A stretch of DNA of 64,000 bases from Acidovorax sp. (GTDB lineage Bacteria > Pseudomonadota > Gammaproteobacteria > Burkholderiales > Burkholderiaceae_C), in the NCBI RefSeq assembly GCF_046341535.1, contig NZ_JBKDRI010000159.1, forward strand, positions 4,745 through 68,744. Direction: 5' to 3'. Shown here piece by piece: positions 49,011 to 59,590 of the stretch. The translations under genes and the position numbers were made by a program. The notes below the pieces were generated by a model. It had not been told where the DNA came from and did not search any database. It saw only the letters and a program-made list of their open reading frames with translations. Position 1 is the stretch's first letter. Each line of letters starts with the position of its first letter.

Positions 49011-50027
49011 TCAGCCCTGCACCCGACCGGTGGCAGCGGGCTCGCAGGCCGCTGCGGGCGGGGGCGCCTTGTTGCCACCGCGCAGCGCCCCCAGCAGGAT
49101 GCCCGCCGTCACCAGCAGCAATCCGCCGAGCAGGTTCCAGTGCAAGGGCTCATCCAGAAACACCACCGCGCCCATGGCCGACAGGCCAGGCACCAGCGCC
49201 GTGATCATGGTGGATCGGACCGGGCCGAAGTGCTGGATCATGCGCGTGAAGCTGATGCCGGAAATGACCACCGAGCCACACCCCTGGAAGGCCAGGTGGA
49301 AGGCAATCTCGCCCCATGGGGCGTCTGCCAGACGGCTGGACAGGGCGCCCAGACCGGTCAGCAGTGCATAACCGGGCACATACACCAGGCATGCAAACGC
49401 CGTGATGGCAATGGTGGCCTGCACCGCATCGACCGCGTGGCGGCGCGCCAGAACGCTGTAGGCGGCCCAGCAGGACGCCGCCAGCATGAAGAGCAGGTCG
49501 CCTTTCCACACATCGCCACCGTCGAAGGCGCTCAGCAGGCTGCGCCCGCCCACCAGCAGATCACCCGCCACGATCAGCGCCAGCGCGGCGGCCCTCAGGG
49601 GGGTGATGTGGTCGCGCAGGAGCACGGCAGCCAAAAGCGCCGTCCACAACGGCAGGCTGCCCGGCATCAACACCGACGCATGAGTGGCCGGTGCATGAAA
49701 GAACCCCGCATAGGCCAGCATGGCGTAGAGCAGACCGCCAAACGTGCCGAGCAGTGCGGTGGTGCGCAGCGCCAAGGGTGAAACACCCAGCAGGCTCGAG
49801 GGCGCGGGCGCTGCGCCGGTGCGGATGGAATCACGCATGCGCCGCCGCACCAGCCACCAGCCCCAGGGCACCAGCACCAGGCTGGCCCCCACGATGCGCA
49901 GCAGGGCAATATCGAAGGGCCCGAGCGTATGCTGGGCCGAGGCGCGCGCAATGACGATGAACCCGGTCCAGATGGTGACGGTCACGATGGCCGCCAAAAG
50001 GCCCATGGCACGGGGAGACAAGCGCAT
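49011..50027 (-). CDS. DMT/EamA family transporter
   Basis: About 10 TM helices in two EamA repeats. Confidence 0.88.
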   Translation of the reverse strand: MRLSPRAMGLLAAIVTVTIWTGFIVIARASAQHTLGPFDIALLRIVGASLVLVPWGWWLVRRRMRDSIRTGAAPAPSSLLGVSPLALRTTALLGTFGGLLYAMLAYAGFFHAPATHASVLMPGSLPLWTALLAAVLLRDHITPLRAAALALIVAGDLLVGGRSLLSAFDGGDVWKGDLLFMLAASCWAAYSVLARRHAVDAVQATIAITAFACLVYVPGYALLTGLGALSSRLADAPWGEIAFHLAFQGCGSVVISGISFTRMIQHFGPVRSTMITALVPGLSAMGAVVFLDEPLHWNLLGGLLLVTAGILLGALRGGNKAPPPAAACEPAATGRVQG

Positions 50028-50149
50028 GGCGTGATTATCGGGCGCCAGCACCAGCCGGGCGCACCAGCCGGGCGTGCGCGGCACCTACCCCCGTCAACGA
50101 CTGAGCCGATCCTGGTGCAGCGAAGGCCCCGGGCGATAGACTCCGCGCC

Positions 50150-51640
50150 ATGCAACTTGCCTTCTGTTTCCTGGCCCGCCACGGATCGCCCGTGGTCGCC
50201 GCACTGTGGGTGACCGCCCTGGCATGGGCCTGCACCAGCATCACCGGGCTGGCGCAGGCCCAGACGGCGGGGCCAGCCTCCGCAGCCCAGGCAGCGCTGC
50301 CAGCCGAGGTCGAGGCCGCGCTGGCCCGCGCAAAACTGCCCCGCGACGCGTTGGCCGTGATGGTGGTGGACGCGCAACCCGTGGGCCGTGTCGTGCCGCG
50401 TCTGGCCCATCGGGCGCAGGTGCCAGTCAATCCGGCATCGGTCATGAAGCTGGTGACCACCTATGCCGCGCTGGAGCAACTGGGCCCGGCCTATACCTGG
50501 AACACGCCCGTGTACCTCCAGGGCACCGTGCAGGACGGCAGCTTGCGCGGCAATGTCTATATCGAGGGCCGGGGCGATCCCAAGCTGGTGGTGGAGCGTC
50601 TGTGGATGCTGATGCGACGGCTGCGGGCTCTGGGCATCGAGGTGATCTTTGGCGACATCGTGCTGGACCGGTCGGCCTTTGACGTGCCCGAGCAGGACCC
50701 GGCCCGCTTCGATGGCGAGCCCCTGCGGCCCTACAACGCGGCGCCCGATGCGCTGCTGCTCAACTACAAGTCGTCGGTCATGACCTTTGTGCCCGATCCG
50801 GCCGCAGGCCTGGCGCGGATTCATTACGACCTCCCTCTGGCAGGCGTGCAGCGGCCGGGAACCGTGGCGCTGGCAGCCTCCGGGGCGGAGTGTGGTGACT
50901 GGCGCGCCGCGCTGCGCGCGGAACTGACCGATCCCGCCAGGGTGGTGTTTCAGGGGGTGTATCCAGCGGCCTGTGGCGAGCGGGTATGGCCCGTGGCTGC
51001 CCCCGATCCGCGCGGATTTGCCGCCCGCGCTGTGGAGGGTATGTGGCGCGAGCTGGGGGGCAAGCTCACCGGCAGCGTGCGCGACGGCAAGGTGCCGCAG
51101 GGGCTCAAGCCCGCGTTGGTGTTTACCTCACCCACGCTGGCCGAGGTGGTGCGCGATGTCAACAAGTTCAGCAACAACGTGATGGCACAGCAGGTGTTTC
51201 TGACGCTGGCGCTGCAAAAAAATGGCGTGGCAACGTTGGACGGTGCCCGCGACGTACTGCGCCAGTGGTGGCTGGCCCGCCTGGGCGATGCCGAGTTACC
51301 CCTGGCCGACAACGGCTCGGGGCTGAGCCGCGATGCCCGGCTGACGGCCCAGGCGCTGGCGCGCATGCTGCAGGTGGCATGGGCATCGCCCGTGATGCCC
51401 GAGCTGGTGGCATCGCTGCCGATCTCTGGCGTGGACGGTACCCTGCGCCGCAGCCAGAGCCGCGTCGGGACGGCCCACCTCAAGACCGGCAGTCTGCGCG
51501 ATGTCATGGCCATCGCCGGCTACGTGCATGGCGCCAGTGGCCGCCGCTACGCGCTGGTGGCCGTGGTCAACCACCCGGCAGCCGGTGCGGCCCGGCCGGT
51601 GCTCGACAGCCTGGTTGACTGGGCGTACCGCGACCAGTGA
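50150..51640 (+). CDS. dacB: D-Ala-D-Ala carboxypeptidase/endopeptidase PBP4
   Basis: PASVMK (SxxK), SNN, GSGLSR, KTGSL. Confidence 0.93.
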   Translation: MQLAFCFLARHGSPVVAALWVTALAWACTSITGLAQAQTAGPASAAQAALPAEVEAALARAKLPRDALAVMVVDAQPVGRVVPRLAHRAQVPVNPASVMKLVTTYAALEQLGPAYTWNTPVYLQGTVQDGSLRGNVYIEGRGDPKLVVERLWMLMRRLRALGIEVIFGDIVLDRSAFDVPEQDPARFDGEPLRPYNAAPDALLLNYKSSVMTFVPDPAAGLARIHYDLPLAGVQRPGTVALAASGAECGDWRAALRAELTDPARVVFQGVYPAACGERVWPVAAPDPRGFAARAVEGMWRELGGKLTGSVRDGKVPQGLKPALVFTSPTLAEVVRDVNKFSNNVMAQQVFLTLALQKNGVATLDGARDVLRQWWLARLGDAELPLADNGSGLSRDARLTAQALARMLQVAWASPVMPELVASLPISGVDGTLRRSQSRVGTAHLKTGSLRDVMAIAGYVHGASGRRYALVAVVNHPAAGAARPVLDSLVDWAYRDQ

Positions 51641-51721
51641 GGCCGTTGATCCGCAGGCATAGCCATCCACCGCCGCATGCCACCAGCTGCATGCTTCATC
51701 GTCATTAAAGTTGTTTGGCCC

Positions 51722-51991
51722 ATGCCCTTTTCAGATCTCGTAGGCTACGTTGCCGCCACCCTGACCACCTGCAGCTTCGTGCCGCAGGCCTGGCATACCT
51801 TCCGCACCCGTGACGTGAGCGGCATCTCGCTGGGCATGTACAGCGTGTTCACCGTTGGCGTCGCGCTGTGGCTGGCGTATGGGCTGGCCCTCAAGGCATG
51901 GCCGATCGTGATTGCCAATGCCATCACGCTCATGCTGGCCAGCGCCATCCTGGGCATGAAGCTGCTCTATGGCCCGCGCAAGCGCGACTGA
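51722..51991 (+). CDS. SemiSWEET (PQ-loop) transporter
   Basis: 89 aa, 3 TM; FVPQ, DVSGIS, WLAYG, PIVIAN. Confidence 0.88.
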   Translation: MPFSDLVGYVAATLTTCSFVPQAWHTFRTRDVSGISLGMYSVFTVGVALWLAYGLALKAWPIVIANAITLMLASAILGMKLLYGPRKRD

Positions 51992-52150
51992 GCCTGTGTT
52001 CCCCGAACGCAGCGGCTTTCATTCGGATGCTGTCGAAACTGTCGCACAGGTGTCTGGACGGGTGGTTGCTGCGCGTTGTCCCCTATGGACGGTACGGTGC
52101 GGCCGCGTTGTACCATCCGACGATTCATTTCTGACCTTAGGAATCCATCT

Positions 52151-53458
52151 ATGACACTCTTGCGCCTGACCAGCGTGGCCGCAGCCGCGCTTTTGCTGGT
52201 GGCTTGCGGCGGTTCTGACGACCCGGCGCGCGGCTCGCTGATCGACCCGCCGGCCACATTGACCACCCTCACCGCCGCCCAGATTGACGCGGGGACGGCC
52301 AGCGGTGGCTTGCAGGGCATCACCGGCAAGGCCAGGTGCGATGTGAAGGTGGTCGCGCTCAATTACGTCACTCCGGGAGCCAAAAGCGGCGAAAGCAGCA
52401 ACGCCTCGGGCGTGATGCTGGTGCCCGCCGGCAGTTGCACCGGCGCTACGGCTCTGGTGGCTTACGCCAAGGGCACAGACCTGCAAAAGCCCCGCACGCT
52501 GGCCAACCCGCAGGATGGCGAAACCTTCCTGCTGGCAGCCATGTACGCAGCGCAGGGCTATGCAGTGGTTGCCTCCGACTACCTGGGCTATGCCAAGTCC
52601 ACGTATGGGTTCCACCCGTACCTGCATGCAGACTCTGAAGCCACCACGGTCATCGACTCGGTGCGCGCTGCGCGCAACGCCGCGGGCACCGTGGGCGCCA
52701 ACCTCTCGGGCAAGGTCATGTTCGTCGGATACTCGCAGGGCGGCCACGCATCGATGGCGGCCCACCGTTCGGCCGAACGCGACTACGGAACCGAGTTCAA
52801 CGTCGTTGCCGGCGCACATCTGGCAGGCCCGTACAACATGTCGGGCTCGCTCAGCCTCACCGATGCCATCGCCGGATACCAGTTCTTCGTACCCTTCCTG
52901 GTCACTGCGTGGCAAAAGGTGTACGGCAACATTTACACCGATGTCAATCAGGCCTTCAAGGCGCCCTATGCCAGCTACATCGAAACACTGCTGCCCAGCC
53001 CGACGCTGAATACCACCACGCTGGTGACCACCGGGCGCCTGCCGGGCGGCCCGGGCGTCACGCCCAACCAGGCGCGCGATGCCGTGTTCCAGTCTGCCTT
53101 TCTGCAGGGCGCTCAGACCAACGCCGCGCACCCGCTGACCGTGGCAGCGAAAAAGCAGGACCTGCTGGGATGGAGTCCAAAGTCCCGCTTGCTGCTGTGC
53201 GGCGGTGCCGGAGACCCGACGGTGCCTCCTGCGGTGCACCAGATTCCGATGAAGGCCGACTTTGACAGCCGCGGCCTGACCAATGTGGTTTCGGTGGATG
53301 TGGATGCGTTGGTGCAGTCCACGTTTGGCCCCGGGGGCAAGGCGCCCACCGACCCCACGTCGGCCGAGTTTGCAACCTACTACGGCAGCTACCACGGGAC
53401 GTACGAGCCACCGTTTTGCCACGTCCAGGCGCGGTGGTTGTTCGATATGGTCAAGTGA
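52151..53458 (+). CDS. Secretory lipase/esterase lipoprotein
   Basis: Lipobox LVAC; AKGT, DYLG, GYSQGG, DPTVP, terminal His. Confidence 0.82.
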   Translation: MTLLRLTSVAAAALLLVACGGSDDPARGSLIDPPATLTTLTAAQIDAGTASGGLQGITGKARCDVKVVALNYVTPGAKSGESSNASGVMLVPAGSCTGATALVAYAKGTDLQKPRTLANPQDGETFLLAAMYAAQGYAVVASDYLGYAKSTYGFHPYLHADSEATTVIDSVRAARNAAGTVGANLSGKVMFVGYSQGGHASMAAHRSAERDYGTEFNVVAGAHLAGPYNMSGSLSLTDAIAGYQFFVPFLVTAWQKVYGNIYTDVNQAFKAPYASYIETLLPSPTLNTTTLVTTGRLPGGPGVTPNQARDAVFQSAFLQGAQTNAAHPLTVAAKKQDLLGWSPKSRLLLCGGAGDPTVPPAVHQIPMKADFDSRGLTNVVSVDVDALVQSTFGPGGKAPTDPTSAEFATYYGSYHGTYEPPFCHVQARWLFDMVK

Positions 53459-53545
53459 TCACCATGCCGCGCAGCCGATGCGGGCGCGTGTCCCTCGGTG
53501 TTCTTGCCGGGGGGGTACGGGTCTGATGCGTGTCTGCCCGGGATC

Positions 53546-53575
53546 AAAAAAAGCCGACCCCAGGTCGGCTTTTTT
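53546..53575. terminator. Bidirectional intrinsic terminator
   Basis: A7-GCCGAC-CCCAG-GTCGGC-T6 between convergent genes. Confidence 0.88.
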
Positions 53576-53614
53576 GTGGCCGCACCCGAGGGGATGCGGC
53601 AGGGCCTGTTAAGA

Positions 53615-54568
53615 CTACCAGCGGGCCCGCAGGCGGTTGTAGGCGTAGGTGCCAAACTGGCGCTGTGCCGACGGCGTGAGGTACACGCTGTCGGCAAACA
53701 CGTAGGCCGCAGGGTTGGCATTGGGCAGCAGGGTCGAGCCGGTGCAGAGCAACGAATTGAGTTGCCCTGCGCCAATGCCGATGCCATTGCCCGCATCGAC
53801 CGAGGTGCACACGGCTGCGGTGGCGTTGCTGAAGCCGAAGTTGCCGGGCGTGCTGGTGTACAGGTTCACGTAATAGGCCAGGTCCACGTACAGCACGTTG
53901 GCACCGAGGTCCACGGTGTTCACCAGAAGGCCTTCGTTGAAGCGGCTGCTGGCGGTGGAGAGCAGGGACTCGCGGGCGATGGCCTTGGCCCAGGGGGTTT
54001 TGCCCAGGTCGTACGTGCCGGTGACGACCACGTACTTGGCGCCCGCGTTGACCAGGCGGCGCACCTGCGCGGCCAGGTCTTCGCCGGCCTTGCGGGCGGC
54101 GGCAGTCATCTGGGCCTCGGTCTGGGTGCCTGCGTTCACGGCTGCCATGCCAGCAATCACGTCGCTCGCTCCGCCCGTGATGAACACGACATCATTGCCC
54201 GTGAAGTTGCCGCTGGCCAGAAACGTGCTGATCTGTTCGGTCACGGTGGGCGAGGCGGCATTGCCTGCGGCGTCCGGCTTGGCACTGACGCGCGCATTCC
54301 CTACGGCATAGCTCAGACCACCTGCCGAGGCCGCGGCCAGGGGCTTGCCGTAGCTGGCTGCCACCTGCAGTGTCCAGTTGTTCACGCTGCCGTCGTTGAC
54401 GGTGTAGCGCGAGCCGTTTTGTCCCACATCGCTCAACGCATCACCGAACGCGATGAAGCGCTGGGGCGAGATGGCCGATTCGGTGGTGCTTGACCCGCAA
54501 GCCGCAAGCAACGCGGCTGATGCACATGCGGCGACCACAACGGTACGACGCATCCAATTTGCTGCCAT
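53615..54568 (-). CDS. SGNH/GDSL hydrolase lipoprotein
   Basis: Lipobox LAAC; FGDALSD block I variant; FADSVYLT. Confidence 0.82.
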   Translation of the reverse strand: MAANWMRRTVVVAACASAALLAACGSSTTESAISPQRFIAFGDALSDVGQNGSRYTVNDGSVNNWTLQVAASYGKPLAAASAGGLSYAVGNARVSAKPDAAGNAASPTVTEQISTFLASGNFTGNDVVFITGGASDVIAGMAAVNAGTQTEAQMTAAARKAGEDLAAQVRRLVNAGAKYVVVTGTYDLGKTPWAKAIARESLLSTASSRFNEGLLVNTVDLGANVLYVDLAYYVNLYTSTPGNFGFSNATAAVCTSVDAGNGIGIGAGQLNSLLCTGSTLLPNANPAAYVFADSVYLTPSAQRQFGTYAYNRLRARW

Positions 54569-54695
54569 GTGTAATTCTCCAGAAACGAGCCAGCTAGTTT
54601 AACGAGGCCATGCGTGGCCATGTAAAGCAGCGCGCACCAGCGGCGCGGCCACGGGCGTGGGGCGCATGGGGGCGGGCCTGCAGGGTGTGCTCGGC

Positions 54696-55712
54696 TTACG
54701 CGGCTGCGGCGCGCTGCAGGCGGTCGCGCACGCCTTCCCATTCTGGCGAGGCGGGCGGTGTTTCAACCCAGATCAGCTTTACCCCCTGCTCGTCAAAGCC
54801 GCGCAGCACGGCAAAGAGCTGTTGCGCGGTGGCGGCGGCGTCATCAGGCATGCGGCGCAGCACCAGCCGGGCCGATGGGGTGCGCAGTGCGGCCCGGGAG
54901 TACACGGCAATGTGGGCCGCCTCTGCGCCCAGCAGGTCCAGGCCGGTCTGCAGCGATTTGGCGTCCATCAGGCGCACCTTGGCCTGGGGGGCGTAGTGGG
55001 CCTGCAGGGTGCCCGATGCGCGCGGGCTCTGGCTGGACAGGTCGTCCCGCGACACAGGTGCGATGCCGCAGGCTTGCTGGATTTGCGCGCGCGAGATACC
55101 CCCGGGGCGCAGCAGCACCGGAACACCCCGGGTGCAATCCACGATGGTGCTCTCGATGCCCACTTCGCAGGGGCCGCCGTCCAGCACCAGCAGGCCATCA
55201 CCCAGCTCCTGCTGCACATGCAGCGCCGTGGTGGGGCTGACGCGGCCAAACCGGTTGGCGCTGGGCGCGGCCACACCCCAGACGGGCGCATCGCCGGGCA
55301 CGGCGGCATCGGCAGGCGCTGCGCACGCGGTCAGCAGGGCATGCGCCACCGGGTGCGCCGGGCAGCGCAGGCCTATGCTGTCCTGCCCACCGGCAGCCGC
55401 CGTGGCAATGCCGGGAAGGCGGGGCAGGATGAGGGTGAGCGGCCCGGGCCAGAACGCATCGACCAGCCGGCGTGCAAAGGCGGGCACCTCGCGCGAGAAA
55501 CGGTCTATGCCCGACGCATCAGCCACATGCACGATGAGCGGATGGTCGCTGGGACGCCCCTTGGCAGAAAAGACCAGCGCCACGGCGGCGTCGCTGCCCG
55601 CGTCGGCGGCCAGGCCGTACACCGTTTCGGTGGGCATGCCCACCAGCCCACCACCGCGCAGGGCGCGTGCTGCGGCGGCGATGGAGCCAGGCTGTGTGCC
55701 GTCCAGAATCAT
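54696..55712 (-). CDS. tsaC: L-threonylcarbamoyladenylate synthase (Sua5/TsaC)
   Basis: PTETVYGL, KGRPSDHPLIVH, APSAN, GIESTI; Sua5 C-terminal HYAP. Confidence 0.93.
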   Translation of the reverse strand: MILDGTQPGSIAAAARALRGGGLVGMPTETVYGLAADAGSDAAVALVFSAKGRPSDHPLIVHVADASGIDRFSREVPAFARRLVDAFWPGPLTLILPRLPGIATAAAGGQDSIGLRCPAHPVAHALLTACAAPADAAVPGDAPVWGVAAPSANRFGRVSPTTALHVQQELGDGLLVLDGGPCEVGIESTIVDCTRGVPVLLRPGGISRAQIQQACGIAPVSRDDLSSQSPRASGTLQAHYAPQAKVRLMDAKSLQTGLDLLGAEAAHIAVYSRAALRTPSARLVLRRMPDDAAATAQQLFAVLRGFDEQGVKLIWVETPPASPEWEGVRDRLQRAAAA

Positions 55713-55726
55713 GTGCGCCACCCGAT

Positions 55727-56896
55727 TCAGAACGGGGCAACGCCTAGCAGGGCGGCGGCCTGCAGCGCCGTGGCGCGCGCGGCCCCCGGCGTGGCAGCGG
55801 TGATGTTCAGGTGGCCCATCTTGCGGCCCCGCTTGGCCTCGCGCTTGCCGTACAGGTGCAGGTGGGTGCCCGGCAGGGCGAGCACCTTGGCCCAGGCAGG
55901 GGTCTGCGCCGTATCGCCATGGGCAAACCACAGATCCCCCAGCAGGTTGAGCATGACGGCCGCGCTGTGCTGGCGCGGTGGCGTGAGCGGCAGGCCCGCC
56001 ATCGTGCGCACCTGCAGCTCAAACTGCGACACGTCGCAGGCATCTTGGCTGTAGTGGCCGCTGTTGTGCGGACGTGGAGCTATCTCGTTGACCACCAGGC
56101 TGCCGTCTTGCAGCACGAAAAATTCCACACACAGCACGCCCACGTACTGGAGACCTTCTGCTACAGATTTGGAAGCATCTATCGCTTGTGTGGCAAGCGC
56201 GGGTGGCATATTTTCTTCATAAACCTCGGTCACGGCCAGGATGCCGTCGCGGTGCAGGTTGCGCTGCACCGGCAGATGCACCATGGCGCCATCGGCCCCG
56301 CGCGCCACGATGACGGAGCACTCGAGCTGCAGCGGCAGCATCTTCTCCAGCACGCAGGGCACCCGGCCCACGGCTTCCCAGGCAGCGGCCAGGTCGGCGG
56401 CGGTTTTCACCCGCACCTGGCCCTTGCCGTCGTAGCCCATGCGGGCGGTCTTGAGGATGCCGGGCAGCAGTTCGGGCGAGACGGCGGCAAGCTGCTGGCC
56501 CGTTTCGATCACGGCATGGGGGGCGCAGGGCACGCCGCAGGCCACGAAGTGGGCTTTCTCGCGCGCGCGGTCTTGCGCCACCGACACGGCGCTGGCGGCG
56601 GGCGATACCGGGCGCTGCCGGGCCAGCGCGGCCAGCGCGGCGGCGGGCACGTTTTCGAACTCGGTCGTCACCGCATCGGCCACGCGGGCCAGTTCGGCCA
56701 GACCGGCGGGGTCTTCGTAGCCGGTCTGGATGTGGTGATGGCTCACCAGCCCGGCCGGGCTGGTGGGGTCGGCATCGAGCACAGCCGTGAAGTAGCCCAT
56801 GGCCTGCGCCTGGTGCACGAACATGCGGCCGAGCTGGCCACCGCCGAGCACACCCAGCGTCGATCCTGGAAGGAGGGGCGTGAGCGCTTCGGTCAT
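55727..56896 (-). CDS. purK: N5-carboxyaminoimidazole ribonucleotide synthase
   Basis: [39 protein letters not shown]. Confidence 0.97.
   Translation of the reverse strand: MTEALTPLLPGSTLGVLGGGQLGRMFVHQAQAMGYFTAVLDADPTSPAGLVSHHHIQTGYEDPAGLAELARVADAVTTEFENVPAAALAALARQRPVSPAASAVSVAQDRAREKAHFVACGVPCAPHAVIETGQQLAAVSPELLPGILKTARMGYDGKGQVRVKTAADLAAAWEAVGRVPCVLEKMLPLQLECSVIVARGADGAMVHLPVQRNLHRDGILAVTEVYEENMPPALATQAIDASKSVAEGLQYVGVLCVEFFVLQDGSLVVNEIAPRPHNSGHYSQDACDVSQFELQVRTMAGLPLTPPRQHSAAVMLNLLGDLWFAHGDTAQTPAWAKVLALPGTHLHLYGKREAKRGRKMGHLNITAATPGAARATALQAAALLGVAPF
56159..56218 (+). repeat. Dispersed bipartite element, copy 3 (inside purK, antisense to coding)
   Basis: tgctacagatttggaagca-tctatcgctt-gtgtgg-caagcg-cgggtggc-atattttc; locally AT-rich codons. 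Confidence 0.68.
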
Positions 56897-57387
56897 GCGG
56901 CGGGGGGCAAGGTCATGTCGCGTGCTGCCTGCGTCTGCTCGGCGCGGAAGGCTTCGAGGCGCTGGCGCAGCGCGGGGCTTTCGTTGGCCAGCAGCGCCAC
57001 CGCAAACAGGGCCGCGTTGGAGGCACCGGCCGTGCCGATGGCAAAGGTGGCCACCGGAATGCCCTTGGGCATCTGCACGATGGAGTGCAGCGAATCCACG
57101 CCTTGCAGGTGGCGGCTGGCCACCGGCACGCCCAGCACGGGCACGCTGGTCTTGGCTGCGATCATGCCCGGCAGATGCGCCGCACCCCCGGCCCCGGCGA
57201 TGATGGCCTTCAGGCCCCGGGCGGCTGCGGCCTCGGCGTAGGCGAACATGTCATCGGGCATGCGGTGGGCCGACACGACGCGGGCCTCATGAGCGATGCC
57301 GAACTGCTCGAGGATGTGCACTGCATGCTGCATGGTGTCCCAGTCGCTGCTGGAACCCATGACCACGCCGATCTGGATGGGTTTCAT
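56893..57387 (-). CDS. purE: N5-CAIR mutase
   Basis: [33 protein letters not shown]. Confidence 0.97.
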   Translation of the reverse strand: MKPIQIGVVMGSSSDWDTMQHAVHILEQFGIAHEARVVSAHRMPDDMFAYAEAAAARGLKAIIAGAGGAAHLPGMIAAKTSVPVLGVPVASRHLQGVDSLHSIVQMPKGIPVATFAIGTAGASNAALFAVALLANESPALRQRLEAFRAEQTQAARDMTLPPAA

Positions 57388-57539
57388 GGTGTGTGGGGTG
57401 GCGCTGGCCGGGGCCCAAGGCCCGCTGGCGCGGTGGGTAGAACCCGTAATTTTACGTTTTGCGTTCGCGCGGCCTCCAGCGCCACCGGGCGATGGGCGAA
57501 AATGGCGGCCACGCTTCACAGGACTGCGCCCGAACCATC

Positions 57540-58448
57540 ATGATTGACGTCACCGTAGAGAATTTTGAAGACGAGGTCGTTGCCGCCTCGATGAACGTGC
57601 CCGTGCTGGTCGATTTCTGGGCCCCGTGGTGCGGCCCGTGCAAGTCGCTCGGCCCGGTGCTGGAAAAACTCGAAACCGAGTACGCGGGCCGCTTCAAGCT
57701 GGCCAAGATCGACTCTGACCAGGAGCAGCAGATCGCCAGCATGTTCGGCATCCGCAGCATTCCCACCTGTGTGTTGCTCATGGAAGGCCGGCCCGTGGAC
57801 GGCTTCATGGGCGCCCTGCCCGAAGGCCAGGTACGCGCCTTCCTGGACAAGCACATTCCCTCGGCCGAGGCCATCGAGTCCGGCATCGAGGAAGACGACG
57901 CGATGCAAGCGCTGTCGTCGGGGGATGCAGACACCGCGCTGGAGAAGCTGCAGCACGCGGTGGCGACCGACCCGGGCAATGACGACGCCCGTTTTGACTA
58001 CGTCAAGCTGCTGCTGCAGCTGGGGCACGACGACGACGCCAAGGTCGCTTTTGCGCCAGTGATTGCCAAGGCAGCCGGCTCGCTGCGCCTGGGTGCGCTC
58101 AAGACCTGGATGGATGCTATTGATTTTGTAGCTTCCAGCGCTTCAGGGGCAGGCGTAGAGGCCGAATTTGATACCAAAATTGCCGCCAACAAACGCGACT
58201 TTGACGCACGCTACGCCCGCGCCCGCCTGCTGATGGTGCAGCAGCGCTGGACCGAGGCCATGGACGAGTTGCTGGAGATCCTGATGCGCGACAAGGCTTG
58301 GGGCGAAGAGGCGGCCCGCAAGACCTATGTGTCGATCCTGGAGATCATCGAGCCGCCCAAGGTCAAGGTCGCCGAGGGGCAGATCCCGCCCGAAGACCCG
58401 GTGGTGGCAAGCTACCGCCGCCGCCTCAGCTCGGTGGTGCTGAGTTGA
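57540..58448 (+). CDS. cnoX: Chaperedoxin CnoX/YbbN (thioredoxin plus TPR)
   Basis: VDFWAPWCGPCK, IRSIPT; TPR helices; YRRRLS C-terminus. Confidence 0.9.
   Translation: MIDVTVENFEDEVVAASMNVPVLVDFWAPWCGPCKSLGPVLEKLETEYAGRFKLAKIDSDQEQQIASMFGIRSIPTCVLLMEGRPVDGFMGALPEGQVRAFLDKHIPSAEAIESGIEEDDAMQALSSGDADTALEKLQHAVATDPGNDDARFDYVKLLLQLGHDDDAKVAFAPVIAKAAGSLRLGALKTWMDAIDFVASSASGAGVEAEFDTKIAANKRDFDARYARARLLMVQQRWTEAMDELLEILMRDKAWGEEAARKTYVSILEIIEPPKVKVAEGQIPPEDPVVASYRRRLSSVVLS
58115..58170 (+). repeat. Dispersed bipartite element, copy 4 (inside cnoX, sense)
   Basis: tgctattgattttgtagct-tccagcgctt-cagggg-caggcg-tagaggcc-gaatttg. Confidence 0.72.
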
Positions 58449-58477
58449 CCGCGTTGCTGCCGTAGCGGCTCAGGGCA

Positions 58478-59398
58478 CTAGCCCATCAGCCGATCCAGCG
58501 CCTCGCGGTACTTGGCGGCGGTTTTTTCGATCACCTCGCGCGGCAGGCGCGGCGCGGGCGCGGTTTTGTCCCAGGGCTTGCCGGCAATCTGCGCCTGCTC
58601 CAGCCAGTCGCGCACAAACTGCTTGTCGTAGCTGGGTGGATTCTCGCCACGGGCCAGCGCGTCGGCATAGCCCTCCACAGGCCAGTAGCGTGAGCTGTCC
58701 GGGGTCAGCACCTCGTCCATCAGCACCAGCGTGCCGTCGGGCGCAAGGCCAAACTCGAACTTCGTGTCGGCAATGATCATGCCCTTGGCGAGGGCCATCT
58801 CGGCTGCGGCCTTGTAGATGGCGATGCTCAGGTCGCGGATGCGGGTGGCCAGGTCGGCACCGATCATGTCCACGGTCTGCTCGAATGTGATGTTCTCATC
58901 GTGCTCGCCGACGGCGGCCTTGGCTGCAGGGGTGTAGATGGGTTCTGGCAGCCTGGCTGCGTTGGTGAGGCCGGCAGGCAGCGGCACACCGCAGACGGAC
59001 TGCGACTGCTGGTACTCCTTCCAGCCGCTGCCCGCCAGGTAGCCGCGCACCACCGCCTCGACCGGAATCGGCTTGAGCCGCCGCACCAGCATCGAACGGC
59101 CGCGCACCTGGGCGGCTTCTGCGGGGCTCACCACGCTTTCAGGGGCATCGCCGGTGAGGTGGTTGGGGCACAGGTGGCCGAGCTTGTCGAACCAGAACAG
59201 CGCCATCTGCGTGAGCAGCTCGCCCTTGCCCGGAATCGGCTCGCCCATGATGACGTCAAAGGCCGACAGGCGGTCGCTGGCCACCATCAGGATCCGGTCT
59301 TCGCCCACGGCGTAGTTGTCGCGCACCTTGCCCCGCGCCAGCAGGGGCAGGGAGGTCAGGGCAGAGGTGTGCAGGGCGGGGGAGCTTGGCTGGTTCAT
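58478..59398 (-). CDS. purC: SAICAR synthase
   Basis: [37 protein letters not shown]. Confidence 0.97.
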   Translation of the reverse strand: MNQPSSPALHTSALTSLPLLARGKVRDNYAVGEDRILMVASDRLSAFDVIMGEPIPGKGELLTQMALFWFDKLGHLCPNHLTGDAPESVVSPAEAAQVRGRSMLVRRLKPIPVEAVVRGYLAGSGWKEYQQSQSVCGVPLPAGLTNAARLPEPIYTPAAKAAVGEHDENITFEQTVDMIGADLATRIRDLSIAIYKAAAEMALAKGMIIADTKFEFGLAPDGTLVLMDEVLTPDSSRYWPVEGYADALARGENPPSYDKQFVRDWLEQAQIAGKPWDKTAPAPRLPREVIEKTAAKYREALDRLMG

Positions 59399-59590
59399 GG
59401 TGTGGGTGTGGGCAGTCGGAGTCCGCCGCGTTCTGGCCTGTAGGGCGGTATCGTGCCGGGGCAGCACCCCGCGCAAGGTAAGAATTTTACGCGGTGCCCC
59501 ACTTTGTTCCGGGCCGCCCGCTGCACGATCGCGTGCATTGCGGCACACTGCGCTGCTTTGTTGCTTGCGTCCGCCGCCGGGCGGCTTCCT

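Noticed and set aside
52019-54493. 467-aa and 331-aa opposite-strand ORFs
   Set aside because: Shadows of the lipase and GDSL genes
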